From Nemertoderma westbladi (taxonomy: Eukaryota > Animalia > Xenacoelomorpha): a stretch of DNA of 64,000 nt. Below are positions 53,237 to 64,000 of this stretch, one piece after another. The DNA lies in the NCBI GenBank assembly GCA_032718475.1, contig JAUCBJ010002454.1, forward strand, positions 43,521 to 107,520. Reading direction: 5' to 3'. Under the pieces are notes generated by a model that saw nothing but the letters and a program-made list of their open reading frames with translations, did no database searches and was not told the DNA's origin. The position numbers and the translations under genes were made by a program. Every line of letters begins with the position of its first letter. The first letter of the stretch is position 1.

Positions 53237-53396
53237 CTGGAAGGGAAACCAAGTCAATTAACTTTAAATTAAATATTTAAAGAATGCAAGAATGAACACA
53301 TAACTAAAAACTAAAAGGTTTGTATTTAAAATAATTTTGGTATTGTGTAAATGTAGTTGGTTCTTGAATTGAACATTTAATGAAATTAAAACTAAC

Positions 53397-53474
53397 CTTG
53401 GGCTCCAGGCGAAGTGTCGGAATCGCGAATTAGTTTAATTCTTCTAGAAACTTTAAGACTGACACCTTGGGTAC
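53397..53474 (-). CDS. scrib: Scribble exon: probable end of PDZ2 (TQGVSLKVSRRIKLIRDSDTSPGAQ)
   Basis: Acceptor tttgtttgcag, 78 nt in phase 1/1, donor AAG|GTTAGT. It is in frame with the PDZ3 exon, and VSLKVSR resembles a final PDZ beta strand. Confidence 0.72.
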
Positions 53475-53487
53475 CTGCAAACAAAGG

Positions 53488-56400
53488 CCCGGGTCACTCA
53501 TAAACGGATAACTACGTCCCGGGTCACACATAAACATTCAACTTTCGGATAACTACGTCCCGGTTCACACATAAACATTCAACTTTCGGATAACTACGTC
53601 CCGGTTCGCACATAAACATTCAACTTTCGGATAACTACGTCCCGGTTCACACATAAACATTCAACTTTCGGATAACTACGTCCCGGTTCACACATAAACA
53701 TTCAACTTTCGGATAACACGTCCCGGTTCACACATAAACATTCAACTTTCGGATAACTACGTCCCGGTTCACATAAACATTCAACTTTCGGATAACTACG
53801 TCCCGGTTCACACATAAACATTCAACCTTCAGATAACTACGTTCCGGTTCACACATAAACATTCAACTTTCGGATAACTACGTCCCGGTTCACATAAACA
53901 TTCAACTTTCGGATAACTACGTCCCGGTTCACACATAAACATTCAACTTTCGGATAACTACGTCCCGGTTCACACATAAACATTCAACTTTCGGATAACT
54001 ACGTCCTGGTTCACACATAAACATTCAACTTTCGGATAACACGTCCCGGTTCACACATAAACATTCAACTTTCGGATAACTACGTCCCGGTTCACATAAA
54101 CATTCAACTTTCGGATAACTACGTTCCGGTTCACACATAAACATTCAACTTTCGGATAACTACGTCCCGGTTCACACATAAACATTCAACTTTCGGATAA
54201 CTACGTCCCGGTTCACACATAAACATTCAACTTTCAGATAACTACGTCCTGGTTCACATAAACATTCAACTTTCGGATAACTACGTCCCGGTTCACACAT
54301 AAACATTCAACTTTCGGATAACACGTCCCGGTTCACACATAAACATTCAACTTTCTGATAACTACGTCCCGGTTCACACATAAACATTCAACTTTCGGAT
54401 AACACGTCCCGGTTCACACATAAACATTCAACTTTCTGATAACTACGTCCCGGTTCACACATAAACATTCAACTTTCAGATAACTACGTCCTGGTTCACA
54501 TAAACATTCAACTTTCGGATAACTACGTCCCGGTTCACACATAAACATTCAACTTTCGGATAACACGTCCCGGTTCACACATAAACATTCAACTTTCTGA
54601 TAACTACGTCCCGGTTCACACATAAACATTCAACCTTCAGATAACTACGTTCCGGTTCACACATAAACATTCAACTTTCGGATAACTACGTCCCGGTTCA
54701 CATAAACATTCAACTTTCGGATAACTACGTCCCGGTTCACACATAAACATTCAACTTTCGGATAACACGTCCCGGTTCACACATAAACATTCAACTTTCT
54801 GATAACTACGTCCCGGTTCACACATAAACATTCAACTTTCGGATAACACGTCCCGGTTCACACATAAACATTCAACTTTCTGATAACTACGTCCCGGTTC
54901 ACACATAAACATTCAACTTTCAGATAACTACGTCCTGGTTCACATAAACATTCAACTTTCGGATAACTACGTCCCGGTTCACACATAAACATTCAACTTT
55001 CGGATAACACGTCCCGGTTCACACATAAACATTCAACTTTCTGATAACTACGTCCCGGTTCACACATAAACATTCAACCTTCAGATAACTACGTTCCGGT
55101 TCACACATAAACATTCAACTTTCGGATAACTACGTCCCGGTTCACATAAACATTCAACTTTCGGATAACTACGTCCCGGTTCACACATAAACATTCAGCT
55201 TTCGGATAACTACGTCCCGGTTCACACATAAACATTCAACTTTCGGATAACTACGTCCTGGTTCACACATAAACATTCAACTTTCGGATAACTACGTCCC
55301 GGTTCACACATAAACATTCAACTTTCGGATAACTACGTCCCGGTTCACACATAAACATTCAACTTTCGGATAACTACGTCCCGGTTCACACATAAACATT
55401 CAACTTTCGGATAACTACGTCCCGGTTCACACATAAACATTCAACTTTCGGATAACTACGTCCCGGTTCACATAAACATTCAACTTTCGGATAACTACGT
55501 CCCGGTTCACACATAAACATTCAACTTTCGGATAACTACGTCCCGGTTCACACATAAACATTCAACTTTCGGATAACTACGTCCCGGTTCACACATAAAC
55601 ATTCAACTTTCGGATAACTACGTCCCGGTTCACACATAAACATTCAACTTTCGGATAACTACGTCCCGGTTCACACATAAACATTCAACTTTCGGATAAC
55701 TACGTCCCGGTTCACACATAAACATTCAACTTTCGGATAACTACGTCCCGGTTCACATAAACATTCAACTTTCGGATAACTACGTCCCGGTTCACACATA
55801 AACATTCAACTTTCGGATAACTACGTCCCGGTTCACACATAAACATTCAACTTTCGGATAACACGTCCCGGTTCACACATAAACATTCAACTTTCGGATA
55901 ACTACGTCCCGGTTCACACATAAACATTCAACTTTCGGATAACTACGTCCCGGTTCACACATAAACATTCAACTTTCGGATAACTACGTCCCGGTTCACA
56001 TAAACATTCAACTTTCGGATAACTACGTCCCGGTTCACACATAAACATTCAACTTTCGGATAACTACGTCCCGGTTCACACATAAACATTCAACTTTCGG
56101 ATAACTACGTCCCGGTTCACACATAAACATTCAACTTTCGGATAACTACGTCCGGGTTCACACATAAACATTCAACTTTCGGATAACTACGTCCCGGTTC
56201 ACATAAACATTCAACTTTCGGATAACTACGTCCCGGTTCACACATAAACATTCAACTTTCGGATAACTACGTCCCGGTTCACACATAAACATTCAACTTT
56301 CGGATAACTACGTCCCGGTTCACACATAAACATTCAACTTTCGGATAACTACGTCCCGGTTCACATAAACATTCAACTTTCGGATAACTACGTCCCGGTT

Positions 56401-59400
56401 CACACATAAACATTCAACTTTCGGATAACTACGTCCCGGTTCACACATAAACATTCAACTTTCGGATAACTACGTCCCGGTTCACACATAAACATTCAAC
56501 TTTCGGATAACTACGTCCCGGTTCACACATAAACATTCAACTTTCGGATAACTACGTCCCGGTTCACACATAAACATTCAACTTTCGGATAACTACGTCC
56601 TGGTTCACACATAAACATTCAACTTTCGGATAACTACGTCCCGGTTCACACATAAACATTCAACTTTCGGATAACTACGTCCCGGTTCACACATAAACAT
56701 TCAACTTTCGGATAACTACGTCCCGGTTCACACATAAACATTCAACTTTCGGATAACTACGTCCTGGTTCACACATAAACATTCAACTTTCGGATAACTA
56801 CGTCCCGGTTCACACATAAACATTCAACTTTCGGATAACTACGTCCCGGTTCACACATAAACATTCAACTTTCGGATAACTACGTCCCGGTTCCACATAA
56901 ACATTCAACTTTCGGATAACTACGTCCCGGTTCACACATAAACATTCAACTTTCGGATAACTACGTCCGGGTTCACACATAAACATTCAACTTTCGGATA
57001 ACTACGTCCCGGTTCACATAAACATTCAACTTTCGGATAACTACGTCCCGGTTCACACATAAACATTCAACTTTCGGATAACTACGTCCCGGTTCACACA
57101 TAAACATTCAACTTTCGGATAACTACGTCCCGGTTCACACATAAACATTCAACTTTCGGATAACTACGTCCCGGTTCACATAAACATTCAACTTTCGGAT
57201 AACTACGTCCCGGTTCACACATAAACATTCAACTTTCGGATAACTACGTCCCGGTTCACACATAAACATTCAACTTTCGGATAACACGTCCCGGTTCACA
57301 CATAAACATTCAACTTTCGGATAACTACGTCCCGGTTCACACATAAACATTCAACTTTCGGATAACTACGTCCCGGTTCACATAAACATTCAACTTTCGG
57401 ATAACTACGTCCCGGTTCACATAAACATTCAACTTTCGGATAACTACGTCCCGGTTCACACATAAACATTCAACTTTCGGATAACTACGTCCCGGTTCAC
57501 ACATAAACATTCAACTTTCGGATAACTACGTCCCGGTTCACACATAAACATTCAACTTTCGGATAACTACGTCCCGGGTTCACACATAAACATTCAACGT
57601 TCGGATAACTACGTCCCGGTTCACACATAAACATTCAACTTTCGGATAACACGTCCCGGTTCACACATAAACATTCAACTTTCGGATAACTACGTCCCGG
57701 TTCACATAAACATTCAACTTTCGGATAACTACGTCCCGGTTCACACATAAACATTCAACTTTCGGATAACTACGTCCCGGTTCACACATAAACATTCAAC
57801 TTTCGGATAACACGTCCCGGTTCACACATAAACATTCAACTTTCGGATAACTACGTCCCGGTTCACACATAAACATTCAACTTTCGGATAACTACGTTCC
57901 GGTTCACACATAAACATTCAACCTTCAGATAACTACGTTCCGGTTCACACATAAACATTCAACTTTCGGATAACTACGTCCCGGTTCACACATAAACATT
58001 CAACTTTCGGATAACACGTCCCGGTTCACACATAAACATTCAACTTTCGGATAACTACGTCCCGGTTCACATAAACATTCAACTTTCGGATAACTACGTC
58101 CCGGTTCACACATAAACATTCAACTTTCGGATAACTACGTCCCGGTTCACACATAAACATTCAACTTTCGGATAACACGTCCCGGTTCACACATAAACAT
58201 TCAACTTTCGGATAACTACGTCCCGGTTCACACATAAACATTCAACTTTCGCATAACACGTCCCGGTTCACACATAAACATTCAACTTTCGGATAACTAC
58301 GTCCCGGTTCACATAAACATTCAACTTTCGGATAACTACGTCCCGGTTCACACATAAACATTCAACCTTCAGATAACTACGTTCCGGTTCACACATAAAC
58401 ATTCAACTTTCGGATAACTACGTCCCGGTTCACATAAACATTCAACTTTCGGATAACTACGTCCCGGTTCACACATAAACATTCAACTTTCGGATAACTA
58501 CGTCCCGGTTCACACATAAACATTCAACTTTCGGATAACACGTCCCGGTTCACACATAAACATTCAACTTTCGGATAACTACGTCCCGGTTCACATAAAC
58601 ATTCAACTTTCGGATAACTACGTCCCGGTTCACACATAAACATTCAACTTTCGGATAACTACGTTCCGGTTCACACATAAACATTCAACCTTCAGATAAC
58701 TACGTTCCGGTTCACACATAAACATTCAACTTTCGGATAACTACGTCCCGGTTCACACATAAACATTCAACTTTCGGATAACTACGTCCCGGTTCACACA
58801 TAAACATTCAACTTTCGGATAACTACGTCCCGGTTCACATAAACATTCAACTTTCGGATAACTACGTCCCGGTTCACACATAAACATTCAACTTTCGGAT
58901 AACTACGTCCCGGTTCACACATAAACATTCAACTTTCGGATAACTACGTCCCGGTTCACACATAAACATTCAACTTTCGGATAACTACGTCCCGGTTCAC
59001 ATAAACATTCAACTTTCGGATAACTACGTCCCGGTTCACACATAAACATTCAACTTTCGGATAACTACGTCCCGGTTCACACATAAACATTCAACTTTCG
59101 GATAACTACGTCCCGGTTCACACATAAACATTCAACTTTCGGATAACTACGTCCCGGTTCACACATAAACATTCAACTTTCGGATAACTACGTCCCGGTT
59201 CACACATAAACATTCAACTTTCGGATAACTACGTCCCGGTTCACACATAAACATTCAACTTTCGGATAACTACGTCCCGGTTCACACATAAACATTCAAC
59301 TTTCGGATAACTACGTCCCGGTTCACACATAAACATTCAACTTTCGGATAACTACGTCCCGGTTCACACATAAACATTCAACTTTCGGATAACTACGTCC

Positions 59401-62400
59401 CGGTTCACACATAAACATTCAACTTTCGGATAACTACGTCCCGGTTCACACATAAACATTCAACTTTCGGATAACTACGTCCCGGTTCACACATAAACAT
59501 TCAACTTTCGGATAACTACGTCCCGGTTCACACATAAACATTCAACTTTCGGATAACTACGTCCCGGTTCCACATAAACATTCAACTTTCGGATAACTAC
59601 GTCCCGGTTCACACATAAACATTCAACTTTCGGATAACTACGTCCCGGTTCACACATAAACATTCAACTTTCGGATAACTACGTCCCGGTTCACACATAA
59701 ACATTCAACTTTCGGATAACTACGTCCCGGTTCACACATAAACATTCAACTTTCGGATAACTACGTCCCGGTTCACACATAAACATTCAACTTTCGGATA
59801 ACTACGTCCCGGTTCACACATAAACATTCAACTTTCGGATAACTACGTCCCGGTTCACACATAAACATTCAACTTTCGGATAACTACGTCCCGGTTCACA
59901 CATAAACATTCAACTTTCGGATAACTACGTCCCGGTTCACACATAAACATTCAACTTTCGGATAACTACGTCCCGGTTCACACATAAACATTCAACTTTC
60001 GGATAACTACGTCCCGGTTCACACATAAACATTCAACTTTCGGATAACTACGTCCCGGTTCACACATAAACATTCAACTTTCGGATAACTACGTCCCGGT
60101 TCACACATAAACATTCAACTTTCGGATAACTACGTCCCGGTTCACACATAAACATTCAACTTTCGGATAACTACGTCCCGGTTCACACATAAACATTCAA
60201 CTTTCGGATAACTACGTCCCGGTTCACACATAAACATTCAACTTTCGGATAACTACGTCCCGGTTCACACATAAACATTCAACTTTCGGATAACTACGTC
60301 CCGGTTCACACATAAACATTCAACTTTCGGATAACTACGTCCCGGTTCACACATAAACATTCAACTTTCGGATAACTACGTCCCGGTTCACACATAAACA
60401 TTCAACTTTCGGATAACTACGTCCCGGTTCACACATAAACATTCAACTTTCGGATAACTACGTCCCGGTTCACACATAAACATTCAACTTTCGGATAACT
60501 ACGTCCCGGTTCACACATAAACATTCAACTTTCGGATAACTACGTCCCGGTTCACACATAAACATTCAACTTTCGGATAACTACGTCCCGGTTCACACAT
60601 AAACATTCAACTTTCGGATAACTACGTCCCGGTTCACACATAAACATTCAACTTTCGGATAACTACGTCCCGGTTCACACATAAACATTCAACTTTCGGA
60701 TAACTACGTCCCGGTTCACACATAAACATTCAACTTTCGGATAACTACGTCCCGGTTCACACATAAACATTCAACTTTCGGATAACTACGTCCCGGTTCA
60801 CACATAAACATTCAACTTTCGGATAACTACGTCCCGGTTCACACATAAACATTCAACTTTCGGATAACTACGTCCCGGTTCACACATAAACATTCAACTT
60901 TCGGATAACTACGTCCCGGTTCACACATAAACATTCAACTTTCGGATAACTACGTCCCGGTTCACACATAAACATTCAACTTTCGGATAACTACGTCCCG
61001 GTTCACACATAAACATTCAACTTTCGGATAACTACGTCCCGGTTCACACATAAACATTCAACTTTCGGATAACTACGTCCCGGTTCACACATAAACATTC
61101 AACTTTCGGATAACTACGTCCCGGTTCACACATAAACATTCAACTTTCGGATAACTACGTCCCGGTTCACACATAAACATTCAACTTTCGGATAACTACG
61201 TCCCGGTTCACACATAAACATTCAACTTTCGGATAACTACGTCCCGGTTCACACATAAACATTCAACTTTCGGATAACTACGTCCCGGTTCACACATAAA
61301 CATTCAACTTTCGGATAACTACGTCCCGGTTCACACATAAACATTCAACTTTCGGATAACTACGTCCCGGTTCACACATAAACATTCAACTTTCGGATAA
61401 CTACGTCCCGGTTCACACATAAACATTCAACTTTCGGATAACTACGTCCCGGTTCACACATAAACATTCAACTTTCGGATAACTACGTCCCGGTTCACAC
61501 ATAAACATTCAACTTTCGGATAACTACGTCCCGGTTCACACATAAACATTCAACTTTCGGATAACTACGTCCCGGTTCACACATAAACATTCAACTTTCG
61601 GATAACTACGTCCCGGTTCACACATAAACATTCAACTTTCGGATAACTACGTCCCGGTTCACACATAAACATTCAACTTTCGGATAACTACGTCCCGGTT
61701 CACACATAAACATTCAACTTTCGGATAACTACGTCCCGGTTCACACATAAACATTCAACTTTCGGATAACTACGTCCCGGTTCACACATAAACATTCAAC
61801 TTTCGGATAACTACGTCCCGGTTCACACATAAACATTCAACTTTCGGATAACTACGTCCCGGTTCACACATAAACATTCAACTTTCGGATAACTACGTCC
61901 CGGTTCACACATAAACATTCAACTTTCGGATAACTACGTCCCGGTTCACACATAAACATTCAACTTTCGGATAACTACGTCCCGGTTCACACATAAACAT
62001 TCAACTTTCGGATAACTACGTCCCGGTTCACACATAAACATTCAACTTTCGGATAACTACGTCCCGGTTCACACATAAACATTCAACTTTCGGATAACTA
62101 CGTCCCGGTTCACACATAAACATTCAACTTTCGGATAACTACGTCCCGGTTCACACATAAACATTCAACTTTCGGATAACTACGTCCCGGTTCACACATA
62201 AACATTCAACTTTCGGATAACTACGTCCCGGTTCACACATAAACATTCAACTTTCGGATAACTACGTCCCGGTTCACACATAAACATTCAACTTTCGGAT
62301 AACTACGTCCCGGTTCACACATAAACATTCAACTTTCGGATAACTACGTCCCGGTTCACACATAAACATTCAACTTTCGGATAACTACGTCCCGGTTCAC

Positions 62401-64000
62401 ACATAAACATTCAACTTTCGGATAACTACGTCCCGGTTCACACATAAACATTCAACTTTCGGATAACTACGTCCCGGTTCACACATAAACATTCAACTTT
62501 CGGATAACTACGTCCCGGTTCACACATAAACATTCAACTTTCGGATAACTACGTCCCGGTTCACACATAAACATTCAACTTTCGGATAACTACGTCCCGG
62601 TTCACACATAAACATTCAACTTTCGGATAACTACGTCCCGGTTCACACATAAACATTCAACTTTCGGATAACTACGTCCCGGTTCACACATAAACATTCA
62701 ACTTTCGGATAACTACGTCCCGGTTCACACATAAACATTCAACTTTCGGATAACTACGTCCCGGTTCACACATAAACATTCAACTTTCGGATAACTACGT
62801 CCCGGTTCACACATAAACATTCAACTTTCGGATAACTACGTCCCGGTTCACACATAAACATTCAACTTTCGGATAACTACGTCCCGGTTCACACATAAAC
62901 ATTCAACTTTCGGATAACTACGTCCCGGTTCACACATAAACATTCAACTTTCGGATAACTACGTCCCGGTTCACACATAAACATTCAACTTTCGGATAAC
63001 TACGTCCCGGTTCACACATAAACATTCAACTTTCGGATAACTACGTCCCGGTTCACACATAAACATTCAACTTTCGGATAACTACGTCCCGGTTCACACA
63101 TAAACATTCAACTTTCGGATAACTACGTCCCGGTTCACACATAAACATTCAACTTTCGGATAACTACGTCCCGGTTCACACATAAACATTCAACTTTCGG
63201 ATAACTACGTCCCGGTTCACACATAAACATTCAACTTTCGGATAACTACGTCCCGGTTCACACATAAACATTCAACTTTCGGATAACTACGTCCCGGTTC
63301 ACACATAAACATTCAACTTTCGGATAACTACGTCCCGGTTCACACATAAACATTCAACTTTCGGATAACTACGTCCCGGTTCACATAAACATTCAACTTT
63401 CGGATAACTACGTCCCGGTTCACACATAAACATTCAACTTTCGGATAACTACGTCCCGGTTCACACATAAACATTCAACTTTCGGATAACTACGTCCCGG
63501 TTCACACATAAACATTCAACTTTCGGATAACTACGTCCCGGTTCACACATAAACATTCAACTTTCGGATAACTACGTCCCGGTTCACACATAAACATTCA
63601 ACTTTCGGATAACTACGTCCCGGTTCACACATAAACATTCAACTTTCGGATAACTACGTCCCGGTTCACACATAAACATTCAACTTTCGGATAACTACGT
63701 CCCGGTTCACACATAAACATTCAACTTTCGGATAACTACGTCCCGGTTCACACATAAACATTCAACTTTCGGATAACTACGTCCCGGTTCACACATAAAC
63801 ATTCAACTTTCGGATAACTACGTCCCGGTTCACACATAAACATTCAACTTTCGGATAACTACGTCCCGGTTCACACATAAACATTCAACTTTCGGATAAC
63901 TACGTCCCGGTTCACACATAAACATTCAACTTTCGGATAACTACGTCCGGTTCACACATAAACATTCAACTTTCGGATAACTACGTCCCGGTTCACACAT
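53488..64000. repeat. 41-bp satellite, >250 copies, runs off the window; probably intronic in scrib
   Basis: Unit ggttcacacataaacattcaactttcggataactacgtccc, with 39-bp deletion variants. It is nearly invariant beyond ~59 kb. Confidence 0.98.

Overview
AT-rich animal (non-vertebrate-looking) genomic DNA. About half the window (~32 kb) is tandem repeat. The backbone is a minus-strand Scribble (scrib) gene: exons for the end of PDZ2, all of PDZ3 and PDZ4, and the start of the C-terminal tail join in frame through GT-AG junctions from 53474 down to about 16601, with weaker candidate exons at 11.9 and 9.9 kb. The main observation is that the tandem arrays sit on, or are built from, splice junctions. 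An ~18.9-kb array of ~360 x 52 bp is a tandem amplification of the PDZ4 exon's own 3' splice site (branch-point-like motif, pyrimidine tract, AG and the first 36 nt of the exon). A 44/52-bp minisatellite looks like the mirror case, an amplified exon end plus 5' splice site. A 19-bp array starts ~10 nt after a donor, and a >10-kb 41-bp array ends ~12 nt before an acceptor. The 29-kb PDZ4 intron also holds two antisense aquaglyceroporin genes whose core-exon differences cluster at the selectivity filter. The window also contains an intronless Bcl-2-family gene with an atypical BH1 (DWHR), a degraded RTE-like LINE with a 24-bp TSD and a hairpin-rich 5' end, a tRNA-derived SINE and several palindromic MITE-like elements. 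All calls were made by eye; copy numbers are length/period estimates.
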